From positions 24,552,001-24,616,000 of the forward strand of contig JAQFVV010000003.1 of assembly GCA_028023455.1 (NCBI GenBank): a DNA stretch of 64,000 nt. Direction: 5' to 3'. The position numbers and the translations under genes are program-made. The stretch is from Epiperipatus broadwayi (Eukaryota > Animalia > Onychophora). Below the pieces are notes generated by a model. The model searched no databases, was not told where the DNA came from, and saw nothing but the letters and a program-made list of their open reading frames with translations. Numbering within the stretch: position 1 is the first letter of the stretch; every line of letters starts with the position of its first letter. Positions 25,239-39,981 of this stretch are shown here, one piece after another.

Positions 25239-28200
25239 TAATAAAAAGTTTACATATTAATTTATTTATCAATCAAGTTCTCCTGTAATAAAATATTTTA
25301 GATAACTATAAATTAAAAATAAGTTTGTTTGTTTTTCAAAAATTTTCAATAGAAACATTTTGGTATTACCACTTAAATTTTTATCTTTGTTTATTTTTAT
25401 TTTACTATGCATGGTTTAAATTTAAGATGCACTCTTTTAATAATCAAATTAATTATCTTTTTTGCACGACTCCTTCTTCTGTTTGAAAATTTTAAATGTT
25501 AGTTTTCCACAACTGTACTACTATATCTGTAGCTTGGCTGAATATTATTCCTCATATATTTAATTTTCTTCACAACATTATTTTTATAAATATCCGTTTG
25601 CTGACTTTCAGTTTTCTCAGCTCTTTCATTGGTAAACAAGTTATAATCAACTCAGGTACACATTTTATCTTGTAGGACAGACAGTAGGCAAATTATAAGA
25701 TATCTTTAAACTCTAAATTCATTATTCGATCAGTGATTATATTTCCAGATAGTGACAAAGACTCAATTAAGATTAGCAATTAGCAAAAGTATTTTACAAT
25801 TCATACCATGGAGAAATAATTTCTCTTTGTTGTAATTGAAAAACAATAATGACAATTTATAGTTTTTTAATGCTTATTAGTTCTGAATCAACTATAAATT
25901 CAATTGTAACTACAAGGACTTGTGATAGTCTTTGAGAAAATTATATTTTTGAACTCTTTTAACAGTGGTGGCTAAGCCTGTATTTCATCTTTAACTATTC
26001 AATTTTAACTGCAATACAATGCAATTAACTGTAACTGAAACCAAAAAGAACTTAGTGGAGTTATTTTTCATCTCTTTTTATATTTACTACTCTCTCATGT
26101 GACAATTTGTGTTTGCCTAAAATCAAAAAACAAGTTACTTATTTTTTGAAAAATATATTGAGTTATTTACTGGATGAAGCATTTTTTAGATCATTCTTTT
26201 TGATTAATGACTCATTTAATTAATAAACTGAAGACAAAAGAAAAATATAGTTATGTTTTTTCTCCTTTTGGTTTATAAAGATTGAAATTTAGTATCTTAA
26301 AATTATCTTTGTATAATTGTTAAAAATAAATAAAAAATTCTTTCTTTTATTAAAAAAAATCAAAATTTATTTCATAATAATCAGTCTTGGATCTGTATAT
26401 AATTTCAATAATATATATTACATAAAATACTTGAAATATTTGTAAATTTTTATAAATGGTAAAATTGTACTTTGTCATTAAGAATTTACTCACCACTAAA
26501 CAACTAATGTAACTTAGTCTTTTTCTTTCATGTCACAATAAATATTAATTTTAATCATTATTACTTTATCATATTTTTATTTTTTTTTACACAATCTTAG
26601 CTATAACAGATAATTAGGTTTAATTCTTTGAACTTGATCAAGTGATCCAAAACTTATAAAAAAAGTATTGAATGTCATATATTATGAAATGGATCATTAT
26701 ACTAAGACAAGAATTTTTTTTTTTTATGTTATCACACAATCTAATATTTTATTTTACTTTTGCTTATGCAATTTTTTACTATTTTTAATCTACATGTCTT
26801 TTCTCTCTTAGTTCAACTGTATAACATTACTGTTCTACTTTATTCCAATTATTGATATAATGCTCCATTACAACATATTTTAAATAATTTTTCAAGTTTT
26901 ATTTGAACTCAATTTGAAGCCTGATAAAAAACATAGCAGGTGAATTCTAGTACCAATTCATCATTATGGTATTAATTTGAATTTCAACAAAATAAACTAG
27001 AAATTTTGTTTTAAAGACTTTCAGTTTTTTTTTTTTTTTTTGGCAGCTGATCCATAATCGCCATCCAATATTGATTGGCCAATGGATATTTAGATATTTT
27101 ATAACAATGAAAAAAAACAACAAAAAAACAAAACAAATACTCGATCCATCATCAGCAATCATAGTGATTACTGTTTTTTCCTCTACTGTTTTTATTTTTC
27201 TTGAAAGGTGTTATTATCAATTTTTGCTCAATGTCTATTTAAAGGTTGTTTTACCTATATTAAATAATAAATGTTGTAATAATTTTTTTTAAAAAAAAAT
27301 TAAACTAGTTTGCTAATTTGGGAGTTATTATTAGAAAAATAATATTGAGATCTGTGAATCCATATTGTTTTCTGAAGAAAGATATTTTTTATGATTGCTG
27401 TTTATTATATGATAAAGATACAGATTCTTTTTTGAAGTCTTCTGACATAATTTACTTTATTTATATATATATATGAAAAAGAAGGATTGATAAAAAAAGT
27501 AGATTTAATTTCAGTGAGTTTTAAAGAGTTTGAATTGGCTACAATAAGCACACATATGATTGATTTCTACACTAAGCAAATGATATTAAAGTTTGATATA
27601 TCAATTAAAAAATATCTATATAATAAGGAATTAGATAAACATTAAAATAGGTAAAAAAAAAAAATAGAACAGAAGATTAAATATTGTTTTAATAAGATAG
27701 ACCAATTTTAAATAATTAATGATAGTCTTCAATTTAAATTGACAATCAGAGAAATTAGGAGATGAAAAGGAAAAGATACATTAAAAAATGTAGTTCAGTT
27801 CTTACTTCACAGGCAGAGAGAAAGTTAACTAAGCAATAGGTAACCAGTACCAAAAAATTTGATCATCAGTATGCTATTCACTTAATATAATTTATTTTAA
27901 CATTTTATTATTTAGTGTTTTATCAATCTTTTATGTCAATTAGATGCGTTAGTAATGGAAAAGATTTATTACTGATCAAAGAAATAAACAAAAATTTACA
28001 TGGAGATCATATACAATGAAATATATATTAGTAAATATAATATATATATTTGCAGCAGTGCTAAGATTAACAATATAAAAAAAAAAAAATGGATGAAAAG
28101 AGTCAATGCATAACTACAAAATATGTCATAAGTTTGATAGAGAAATGAAACAGAGGAAAAGACGCAAAATAGTTTACTTTACATAAAAAAAATTAATAAA

Positions 28201-29395
28201 GGCATACAAAAATCGCTTAAGAGTAATAGTTTACAAAAATATACATTTAATAATTTAAATTTATAAATTGATGAAAAGGCAGTTAATAGGCAAAAGTGTA
28301 GACAATATAGATTAAATGTCAAGTGATTAAAAATTGTTTAGATAAGGATGCTATAAAAGATGTCAAAATAATAAAATCTATATAACTGAAAATTAAAAAA
28401 CTATTATGTAATTCTAGGATTATGCAGTAGCATTTAAAATTTACTACAATGTACTTACGAAATGCCTCGGAAGGCAGAGCAGGAAGTGCCGTCAAGAATA
28501 GAAATAATTCCAGCTTATATGAGGTAATTAAGGTTCAATGTTTTTTTTTCATATAATATTAAGAAAAGTTTAATAGTACACGTGGAAGCTTTTTATGCAG
28601 TATTGACCTTAAATCCAGATTACAAATTATTTCTAGGTTAAATATAATATATATGTGCACATCTGTTTATGTAATTTTTTTTTTTTTAAAAGAGAAAAAC
28701 AATGGGAGGGAAACTTCAAACAAGTTAATTGGACTAAGTAAATACTGTATTTTTAGATTGATATTTCTCCCCTTTTTCTTATGATATATATGTGACGGGA
28801 AGGAATTAAAAATATGAAATATATATATTAGTATAGTATCAAACCAGATCAATGTTGAAGATGTTTATGACAGTAATAGGAAAAATGAATTATTGTTTTA
28901 TAAAGCAAGTGCAAGAATTTTAGAGATAAAGAAATTATTAATAATTGTAAAAAAATATTTTGGTGCGTGGAGGGGGGTGGGTGATAAAATAATAAACATT
29001 TAATGTTAATATGTACTAGTTTTATTAAAGATAAAAAACAAATGATAGAATGTATGTAATGAACGGAAAGCTTATAGAAAAAAATAGAGTGGGTTTGGAA
29101 AAAAATGAAAATCTTAGGACTTTAGAACTATTCTGTACTAATACAAAAATAGTTAACATTTTTTATGGTTTTCTTCATGTAAAAAGTAACAATATTTCAT
29201 CGCATCACACAATTTTAAAAATTAGAAGTGCGTAAGAATAGGTTCAAAATATATTACGAAAACTTAATCTATTGTGTTTTTATTATTTAAAAGTAATTTT
29301 TGTAATTAGTTAATATAAAATATCACGTGGAAATACTGATTTACATTCATTGCTATTATTTATTTGTTTGTCTAATAAGGCTTTGTAAAATTAAT

Positions 29396-29426
29396 TGCGC
29401 ATGCGTTACTACAGAATTTCCCGCGC
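29396..29426 (+). promoter_or_regulatory. MCM2 proximal promoter: NRF1-like TGCGCATGCGT and E2F site TTTCCCGCGC
   Basis: The motifs are at 29396-29406 and 29417-29426, 30-60 nt upstream of the ATG, in a locally CpG-containing patch. A CACGTG E-box is near 29324. E2F control of MCM genes is well established. Confidence 0.7.
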
Positions 29427-29455
29427 TTTTTCATAACTTTTGTTAAAGTTATATA

Positions 29456-29461
29456 ATGGCG
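29456..29461 (+). CDS. MCM2: MCM2 coding exon 1 (Met-Ala, 6 nt)
   Basis: ATGGCG is followed by a perfect GTAAGT donor (29462) and lies just downstream of E2F and NRF1 motifs. Phase 0 joins exon 2 to give [10 protein letters not shown]..., an MCM2-like N-terminus. Confidence 0.8.
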
Positions 29462-30330
29462 GTAAGTATCATTATTTTTAATTTTCCCTATACAAAGAGC
29501 GAATTGCTAATTATAAAACTAGACAAAGACTAAATTGTTAAAATTAGTGTGATTAATAGTGAACTTATATATTAATTTATTATATCGTAAGAGTCTTGTA
29601 ATATAGTATTTACCAAAAGAGAGATTTAAAAATGGCTTATATTGTTGTAATAGTTAGGTACACTATTTTAACGATTTGGTTTTAATTAAAATTTATTTGT
29701 GCGAAATTTAAATTGTTTGTATGTGGGGAAAGAAATTCACTTAAATGTTCCAAATCGAATATGTCATTGATTTTATTTCTGATTTGAGCAAAATATGCTT
29801 ATTTCTTTTGGGAGGAAACAGTATTGAATTTTCAATCTAGATATGGCTACTGACTGATTCATAGTTGGCAGGTCGTTAAATGATTGACACTCCGTCAAGT
29901 ATACGGGTTAACTGATAAATAACAGATGCTTGTCCGGCAAAGAATAACTCCTGCTTGCTGCATTGCAGTATAAGATAATGGCTTATCAAAGGTACTGTTC
30001 CTATATTAGCATTTTTTTTTCTCCTGACTATCTGCCATCAATTCTGTTAACTTTTTGCATTGAGACCATAGGATTAGATTTATGCAACAACATTTTTATC
30101 TTTAATTACACGCAAGCAATCCTGAGAGCAACCGTGATTAGGTCAAGTTTGCTAAAAACTCTGCATTGAGAAAGCAATAATGGGGTCACACTTAGCAAAC
30201 GAGTCTATAATTGTGAACTTAGATAATAATTTGAATGTAATTTAAGATTTAAATATTAAGGTTGTTTTTGAATATGAATTTCATTGGCAAATGATTGCTT
30301 GATTGAACAACATTGACCCCCCCCCCAAAG

Positions 30331-31189
30331 GGTAAAACTGCAGTTTACAGGTCACGATAAAAATTTGTAGTTCAAATTTTTTTCACGAGAGGGTTTCGTG
30401 TCGAATTATTTAAAAATTTGTTGTGAAATATCAAATGCACGAAATTATAATATAAAAAAATAATAAATAACAAATAATTATATTATAAAAAATAATTTGT
30501 TAAAATAATAACAATATATCCTACCAACATTTATAATTATTGTCCATTGTAGTTTTTGCTTACGATAGCGATAAAATTCGCAAAGACTGCGTCAGTCGTG
30601 TAGAGAGTCCTGAAAGCAAATTCCTGCTGATAGGATTCTAATAAAGTATTGCTGGTACCACACTGATGTTTGAGCTTACGTTTAGTTCTCATCCACATTT
30701 TGTGTGCGGATATCAGGTTCGTGAGGATCTACAAAGTTCTGGTGTATGACGACAGAGTGCATATATACACCATTACGGATTGTGCTTAAGTTGTTGTATG
30801 CACCCCATCCGTCTGCACTGCACGCCACAATGCTGGCATATGGACTATTCTTAAGCAAGCGCCTCCTTGCTAACCACTTCATTGCTAACTCCGGAGTTCG
30901 AAATTCATCCATCAACAGCCACGATGTCCAATTTTCTACGCGAATATCGGCAGCATGTAACACTTCATTTTCTGGTACTACAACTACATTACCATTTATA
31001 GGATTTATTGCCCCAAGACAATGTAACAATTTCACACTACTAGAAATACTTTATAGGAGTTTGCGTTGCGAATTTTATCTTCTATAAATGAAAACTACAA
31101 TGCACAGTAATTCGACAAGAAACACTCTGGTGAAAAAAATGTGAAACAAAATTTGAATTTTATTGTGACCTGTAAACTGCAGTTTTATC
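30331..31189 (-). mobile_element. Merlin (ISXO2/IS1595-like) DNA transposon, internally deleted
   Basis: TIR GGTAAAACTGCAGTTTACAGGTCAC at 30331 is inverted at 31165-31189. The ORF has ADGWGAYNNL...HQNFVDP...TQNV, followed by frameshifted RKLKHQCGTSNTLLESYQQEFAFR. No clean TSD. Confidence 0.85.
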
Positions 31190-32519
31190 AAAAAGAGTAA
31201 TGAAATCTTTTTATTCTCTTACGACAGATAAACAATCCATATTTCCCTATATATAAACTAGTGTGAAAATACATTATATTTAGTGCAGGTTTTAACACAT
31301 GGAAGAATCATCAGGAATTATGTATTTAGGGCCTACTTTTTTTTTTTACTATTCAGTTTTTTTTAACACTGCAAAAAGGCTAACTGAAAGTAGACTTATT
31401 CAGCTGGGTATATTTTATGGGGATCTTCATTTTTTGTTTCAGTTTTCAATCTCATATTTGATGAATCTATTTAAGCAATTGTAGATTCTTATTATTTGAC
31501 TTTAACGAATCTAGTTAAGCAGTTATTTGACTTCGTATTGAATTTTTTTCTTCTACGATTCATTTTTGTACAATTCTTTATTGGAAATTTTTTTTTTTTT
31601 TGTATGTATTCAATTTTTTAATTTTCTGTAGTATTTTTTTTTCAAATGCCATGATTCTTCATACCAAATTTTTTTATTATCATTTAATTTCACATCCATA
31701 GAACATAATAATATATATATATCTTACAGAACATCTGGTTTGGGGTTGTATATATGTGTGTGTGTGGTTAATTTTTTCCGGGATCTGATAGTATGATTTA
31801 GCTCTAAAAGCTTTTATTTTTTTGCATTGATTTTCTCTTCTTTTTCCTAACCATTAATATTCTTTTTTTGACAATGTTTATATTTTATTTGAATCTGTGT
31901 TTAACATTTTGTTGATAGATTTCAGCATTTCTTTATCATCTTCAATTATTGTGTAACATTTGCGTATCTTTTTTATTGATTTTCATTCACTAAATCTTGG
32001 TCTTTTTTTTTTTTAATCTTATCCATTTCTTTTACCAGATGTATTATGAATGTATATATTTGGTTAGATTTGTTCTCATATTTTTTCCAATTCATCCACT
32101 TTCCAATTTTTCCACACATTTTTATGGCATTTTTTTTAATTGCACGCATTCTTTAGAACAATATTTCCCAATTTTTTCACAATATCACTTGTTTTAAATG
32201 TTTATAAAATTCAAATTACTTTTTTTAAAAAAAAAAATTAAGCATATGTTCAAAACTATAGTCTTATGGCCTATTGGGGCTATTGCATAAGTATATATGA
32301 GAAGGGATTCTCTAACTTTAACTCAAGATTTAAAATCAAAATAAGATTTTATTCTTTTCATTCATTCGTTAATTATTTTTCTATTTTATTTTAAAATTAG
32401 GAATATTTATTGAAGTCTATGAGGACCCCTCTCAAATACCCCTCCCCCCCAACAACCAACATCAATAGTCTACAGATTCGCAGAACTATTATGATTTTAT
32501 GAAGATACAAGTACTGTAC

Positions 32520-33850
32520 AAGCTTTATCTGTTAAAAATCTCAGTTCTAAACATCTAATAGATGATGAAATTTCTGTCTCAAAAAAGGATTAAACTTTGC
32601 CATCACACTATCTAATATCCTTTTATTAGATATAATGACAGCCACTGAGGAAGGCACTCAAAAATTGTCTTTTGGAGAAGGAGCAGAATTACACTGGAGA
32701 ATAAAAAGATTTGATTAGCAACAAAAGTTGAAATTAAACATATTCTTTAATGAGAGGAAAGCAATTAAATCTCTCAAAGTAGATAAATATGTAATCATTC
32801 TCCCTAGTGGCAAAGGTAATGCAACAATTGTAACAAAATACAAGAACTCCTCACAGCAGGCTACAACAGAAAAATGGCAAAAAATCCGATATCGAGTACA
32901 GAAACAAAGTTACAAGCATTACATTCACTGATTCATAAAAAAGTAAATTAACTTGATATTTTAGCAAAATTCCTCATTGTTATAGTCTACCTAAAATTCA
33001 TAAGAATGATGTTCCATTAAGATCAATTGTTTGAGAAATTCACCTTGCCAAAATTTGTCAAGTTTTCTTCTCAAAATTTTTAGACCTTTGGCATATAAGA
33101 CCCAGTCCTTTGTCAGGAATGTTAGACACTTTGTAGAATTAATCAAGGACATGAAAATTGAAAGAACTGACATACTAATAAGCTTTGATATGGAAAGTTT
33201 ATTCACAAATGTACCATGTGAAGAGGCATTGTTTATTGTAAAAAAAAAAAAAAAAGATTAAATGGTGATAATAGATTATAAACTAGAATAACTCTTTCTG
33301 TTGATAGTGCAATAACAACAGAATCCCTACAAAATCAAGAAATTGCTATGGGCTCACTACTGTCAATTCTGATTAGCAATATATATGGAAGAACTTGAAA
33401 CCACAGCCATAAATACTACACCACATACATCTAAAGTTTGGCCTCATTATGTTGATACATTTTTTGTATGGTCACATGAAGCACTACTACAAACTTTCTG
33501 ACAACACATCAACATATCCCCTTAAATTAAATTCACAATAGTCAGAACAAGAACAAAAAATGACTTTCTTAGATGATCTTGTGACAAGACTCCCTCATGG
33601 CAAAATCAAAATTATAGTTTATAGAAAACTCACACATATAGGAAAATATGTAGCATATATGTCCAATCACACCAATTGGCAATTGGGAAAATACAAAAAT
33701 ATTAGAGAAGAAAAGGTACAAAGAAGAAAATTCAAAGAAGCTGCTCACTGGGCAGTGGTGAATAATCCCATAAGTCAACTTAGTGTGACTATACATAAAG
33801 TATGGAAAAATGGAGAAATCAAAAGGAACCTCATAGATAAGATATGAAAT
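32520..33850 (+). mobile_element. Penelope-like element C (RT with deletions, GIY-YIG C-terminal remnant)
   Basis: KGLNFAI, IILPSGKGNAT, LPKIHKNDVPLRSI, ISFDMESLFTNVP, AMGSLLS, YVDT, FLDDLV...VYRKLTH and RKFKEAAH...NPISQLSV. Confidence 0.9.
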
Positions 33851-33870
33851 TTCTTCTGATTATTACCTTT

Positions 33871-34040
33871 GGCAGGATGGCTCAGTTGGTTAGACTGTTA
33901 CCTTAAAATTTAATATTCAAGAATCTAAGAATCCAGGTTCGATATCCATTCTAATACTGTCTCTGGTCAGGCCAGCAACACTTAAAGTTAAAAGGAGAAT
34001 AATACCTCTCGAAACATTGTGTTTATACTAGCCCAGGTGC
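33871..34040 (+). mobile_element. tRNA-derived SINE (decayed)
   Basis: A-box TGGCTCAGTTGG (33878-33889) and B-box GGTTCGA (33936-33942). I could not build a full cloverleaf. Confidence 0.5.
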
Positions 34041-36758
34041 TATTACTAACAATTGGATATATTTTGAAAAATTTAAATAAAGTTAAATTAAATTTTTCTA
34101 AAGATATTCAATAGTTTATATTAGATGATGAAAATAGTCCAATATATAAATACAAATATCCCAGAACTATTGTTTAGAAAATCAATTAATTTATTGCTCG
34201 TTCCATATAATGCAAAAACTACTTGTATCATTTTTTTATTTGTGTAATCAAAAACTTTGTGCCAGTCAACACTTTCTTTTAGACATTTTTTTTTTAATGA
34301 TGTGGAGTGATAATATCTATTGTATGGTGATCTTGTCCTTATTTTGTCAAGTACTTGTTTGAGACCAATTTTTCATGTAAGATGTTTGTTAGGACATTGC
34401 ATAAAATGTTTAGTAGTACAGTCATATCATTTTGTAATTTTTAATTTTATTTTTGATTCTTTTTAAGATTGACTATCTATTAAGCATATATCTTCTTTTC
34501 ATTAAATATTAATAGACCAGAAAATTTCTTAAATGGTCTCCAATGATATATATTACACTAGCGATTTCATCATGTTTAAGATCTAGGATGCTTATTCTTT
34601 TGTAATTCACTCATTGATCATTGAAATTTCTTCCAAAAAAATGTCATATTCCCAATTATAAAACAATAGCATAATTTTAGTGAATATTTAAAAAAAAATT
34701 TCTGATATTTCAATGAAAATTAATTACCAGTTTAAAATTTTATTTTCTTACTAAACATTTTTTTAAAAAAAAATCTTATCATTTCCTGTTAAGTTTTATT
34801 ATTATTATTTATATTCAAATATGATATTTTTCTGATTTTTATATTGAACTTATTAATAGTTGTTTATCTATTATTTGAATCCTTTTATACCCTATATATT
34901 TGTTTTGTAGTTTCACTATTATTTCTTCTACTTCGCATCATTTTTTTTCCTTTATTAGCTTTATATATTTGATGTAATTTTTTCTAATCTTTTTTCTTCT
35001 GATAGAATTTCACTAGCACATGTCTCAAAAAACATTTTTGAGACTGCTATTGAATTTAGATTTTTGTTGTTGTTGTTTGCCATATATTTTGATTGTATTC
35101 ACAAGCAATATTTATTTTTAATTATTTTTGTCTTTATTTGCATACTGTAACTATTCTATTGTCTGGATATATTGTGTTGTGTTTGGAAGACATATATAAA
35201 AACAATAGATAATTTTGACTATTTTTTTATTAATCAATGATGACAAGATTTTACATAGCAGTTTAGGTTTATTAATTTACTGTAACTAGTAAATCTAACA
35301 TTCCAAACTTGTTTAATTTTAGTTAATGAGATTTGCTATGATTGTGTTGCCAGAGATGAAAGTGAAGCCAACTCATTGATTTGCTGAGTGTTTGGATACA
35401 AGAGTATAACACTACTGTGATTGTTATAATTGTGTCACAGTATTTATTCTAATAGCATTTATTTTATGTGGTAATATGTATTTTATTATTAAATATTTAT
35501 CATGTGATTTTCAGTTTATTCTAATTCATAGTGTTTATTGTCTTGTTTTCCTATAATGATAGCATTGTATGTGTTAATAATCATATAATAGTAAAGTTTT
35601 AACATTTGACCAGAGAAAAGCTATGAAAGTTGAAGTATTGAACGTCATGAATTCAAAAAATAGAAAAATAAAAGCTTAGCTGTGTGAGAAATGTCTGAAG
35701 CTATTGTTGATTTGATATTATTATTCAAATCATAAACACTGATTATTGTAAAATTAAAATTGTAGCATTAACAATTGTACAGTGTTTTAAGGAAAGCATG
35801 TGCATATATGAAGAAAGAATGGGGGGGGGGGGATATGCTAAGAAAATGACTTATTATTAGATTTTTTTTTCTCATAATTTTGAATTATTTGAATAGTTTT
35901 AATTAAGGATTTAAACCAATTTTTTGTTATAATTTGAATTAAATAAAGGTAATTAAAATCCTGTTAAGCAATATTCATAAAATTCATATTTGTCATCATG
36001 TGAAAACAAACAAAAAAACTCCTATATTTTTAATAAGTTAAAGTTGTCTGCCACAAAATTGTTTATAATATTTATAACTATTTCACATATTGTGTTAAGA
36101 TTATTGAAATTGATCTAAAACTCAAACCAATGCGAATTACTTTCTCATAATTATAATTGAAAAATGATCATAATAATTTACAGCTGTTGAATAACTTTCT
36201 CTTTGTTATAATTGAAAAATGATAATAATAACGTAAACAATTTCTTTCTTATACTTTAGGCTAACTTTTTTTCTTGAAGAACTGTTTATTCTTAGGGAAG
36301 TTTTATTTTTGATATCTTTGAAAACTGGCTTTCAACTTCAGCTGTTTCATGTGCAGTTGGAATAAGAATCAACTACTAAAGAATACTAATTAATTTGATA
36401 TTGCTTTTCCATATTTTTTTCATCCTCATGTTCCTCTTCTGCAACAGTCTATTCCCTCCATGCAACAGTCCTTATTTCCTATCTTTGAAATATATCTGAA
36501 TCACATAGCATTAGATACTAAATACATGTAATTAGCTTACTCTTATATGATGGTTATATCTATAAATACATACATTATTCCAACAGAGTTGCTAATTGCA
36601 TATATCTGCCTGGATTTAAAACTATTTAGTCTCCATCTACTCTCTTCAAAGATATACACCCATACTACACCAAACCATTTTTTAATTATTTACAAATATG
36701 AAATAAAAAATATTTAATATTTCATAATAAAAAATGCAAATTCTATAAAATATTCATA

Positions 36759-38748
36759 GGTAATAGTATGAATACTGAACCCTACCGTCTGATGGCACAC
36801 TTTTTTGCCCAATTCACATCAGTATACTGATTCATGGGCCATCTGTTTGTTTATATAATATTATGGTAAAAGATTTTTTTTTTTGTTTCAACTGGTTTTT
36901 ATTATTTTTTTGTTGGCGACAGTAAACCACCAAAGTTTTTTTTTATTACATAATATTATGCTAAAAGTTTTTTTTTTTTTTTCAACCGGTTTTTAATTTT
37001 TTTTGGTTGGCGACAGTAAACCACTAAAGTTTTTTTTTTATTCCACTCAGGGTTTTTTTTTTTTGTTTTTAATAAACAAATACTTTATTTTTAGATGGTC
37101 TAGGAGTGTTGGCTTGTTTGTAAATTAACGACTAACTGTCCGTTGGTTTCTTTACATAATATTACTTATGGTAAACCAATTTTTTTTTTCTCACGGTTTT
37201 TTTTTTTTTTTATTCGTTTTTTTTTAAAGAAACAAACATTTTGTTTTTAGATGATGTAGGGGTGTTGGTTTACTTTTAAATTATCGATTAACGCTCCATC
37301 GGTTTGTTTACACAAAATACGGTAACAAAAACTTTGTTGTTTTTTTAGATGGTGGAGGGGGGAGGTTTGGGGGGTTGATTGTTTGCTTTTAACTTATCTT
37401 CTTTTTTTTTGGTTGATGTTTTGATTTGCTGAAAGACTTCAACAATTTGGTACGTTTGAATAAACCAACACTTGGTTTTTTAGAGGGGAGAAGGGTTATT
37501 TTGATTTTGAATTGTCATTTTTTTTTTTTGTTAATTTATTACGAGGCTTTTTTTTTTGTTTCAAATTTTTATGCTACAGAAAGTTTTATATGATAGCGAA
37601 AAAATCTTATTTAACTTGTTGGGCCTTTAATTTTAAAAAAAGACATAAACAGTTTGTTTTTAAAGAACACTTTTTTTTAAGCCGGGGGAGGTGGGGTGGC
37701 GGGGAAGGTTTGTTTTGATTTTTAATTATCGACTTCTTTTTGGATTTTCTTTTTGAACATTTATTATGTTACCGCACAGTTCTTTATTATTACTTTATTT
37801 TTTTTTGGTGGGGCCTTTTGAATAAACTCTTAAACACTTCTTTTTTTTTTGGTATAATAAAATATTAACTACTTTAACTGTTAATGAAACTTATCAAATA
37901 TTACCTACTTATTTTATAATCATGTGAACAACAAAAACAACAACAAGTTTCCCCATAAAATAATTTATTGAATCAAAAAGAAACGAAACTGTGGACAAGT
38001 TGTGAAGCAAAATACATTAAAAAAAAACAACAAAACATCATTTATGGGGGCATAAAAAACAGCAGCCAAAAGTAACACGCAAATAAAATAACAGGGAAGC
38101 CTCATAGCTATAAGTAATGGAATTTTGGAGCCTTCGAACCAACAACTTCCCTTATGCAGACCTACATAGGTACGCTTGCAGGAGTTTCTCTTTCTGGGAA
38201 AACACAATATTGTGCGTCCACTTGTGTGGCCGGCCGGCAATTCACTCAGCTTCGACCAATTTGGACAACTTGCAGACGACATTTGACAGTTCTTGCACGG
38301 ATTCGTGCGTAAACGGGTATTTGCGCACGAAATTGGAAAAAAACTGCTGAAAAGAACCTTTTCAAGTTGTATGCAGTTCAAATGCATAGGGAAGCGTGTG
38401 TGACGACATGACATTTCTTAATATGGAATACTAATTCCACTACGCTTTCTAAAAAATTTCCGACAAGGAATTTTTGCAGAGTTTCGTCTCTTTCAAATAT
38501 GGCCACCATCAAATCAGACCATAGCGAGAGTTCAAGAGCGCTCACTTGACGAATACTGTCGCAATGCAATGGGCGTAGTATTTCGTTACATAATCGTAGA
38601 ATACATCGCCTTCAGGCAGCCTGTTACGGCTCAAAAAACACCTCTTGTACTGTCAGCCGTAAATTAAGGCCGCTAAAACAGTATATTGATGTGTGTTTTG
38701 TGAAAACAGCGCCATCAGATGGTAGGGTTCAGTTTTCATACTTTTACC
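36759..38748 (-). mobile_element. Merlin DNA transposon 2 (transposase N-terminus, subterminal tandem repeats)
   Basis: 38-bp TIR GGTAATAGTATGAATACTGAACCCTACCGTCTGATGGC, inverted at 38711-38748. ORF 37965-38414 has CKNC...C...GSCWFEGSKIPL, like the Merlin zinc-binding region and GSWFE-SK motif. CpG-rich at 38100-38700. Confidence 0.75.
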
Positions 38749-39981
38749 AAATGGAAACAAGAAAAAAAAATCATGAAAAGTTTACAAATTAATTAATTTA
38801 TTACTAATTAAATTAAATTACTAATAAATTAGACAATTGAAGTTAAGGTCTTACCAATTTTCATTGAATCTATGCTATTATTTATTTTCACCGTTATTTA
38901 CTTTTATCTTAATGTACTTTAATTGTGCACAGTTTAATTTTAATAAAATACTTGACAGAGTTCAAAATAATTATTTTCTTACTAGGTTAATCTTTCTAAT
39001 TTGAAATGCTCTTCCAAATCTTGGTTTTCCAAAGTCAGATTGGATTAATTTTATTTTTTTGAAGCTTAATGTCTTCACTATATCATTTTTATTTTAGATA
39101 TAGTGAAGAAATTGAAACTTTAAAGAAATAAAATTTATTCAAGGTAATGATATTGAAGGATAACTTTCGAAAACTAATTGAAGATGAGTAAAGTTTTAAA
39201 TCTAGACAGATAGATGCAATAAACACATTGTTAGATTATTGTATATACTTTGATTTTCTTTATTGTTATCATAATTTGTTGATCTGTTAAATTATTTTAA
39301 AATTAAAAAGAAGTAGCCATTCTTTATTCAATTCTTGATTGCATAACATAGTGTACTTACATATGTGATTGTGAGTCATCTAATGTATAGAGAAAGTATA
39401 AAGTACTCCCAAATTGTAGTAAACTACAAATAACTTATTATAACTGAGCAATTGTTTAAGGAGTAGTAGGATAGGCAAATCAGCTTTTGAGTTGGCAACA
39501 GAAGATATAGGAGTATACTTATGATCATTTTACATGATTGAGCAAGAATGATTTAAGATAGAAAAATATAACTCAGTTTATCAATATTACTTCATTGAGA
39601 TTATACTTTAAGTAATCATGCTATATAAATCACTGATGATGGATGATTTTAGTAATGATATGATCATTATTGGGCTATATTAATAAAATTCTGGTTTTGA
39701 GGATTTTGACATTGATTCTTTAATTTAGCAATTGGTTGTTTGGTGTATGATTGACTAATGTATCGATGATCATTAGATGATCAACTTCATTATCAATATT
39801 ACTGTGCTCATTGCCCTATCTTGGCCTTCCAATACAATATTGATTGACATTTACAGATCATGTAAGGGTGCACTCTTTTAAGTTTTTATGTTACGATTAG
39901 TTAGTTTATTTTATTGGTTATTTGGAGTCTTGACTGATAACCATATTAGACAAATGATAAAATTTTCATTATACTTCACAA

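Noticed and set aside
27060-27090. CCAAT/ATTGG cluster
   Set aside because: No associated transcript start or gene evidence.
29860-30230. Possible decayed LINE RT on the minus strand
   Set aside because: Only vague motif resemblance and no intact diagnostic motif.
32644-32675. CTGAGGA...AAAATTGTC HHR-like string
   Set aside because: It lies inside the Penelope reading frame and has no paired helix II, so it is probably chance.
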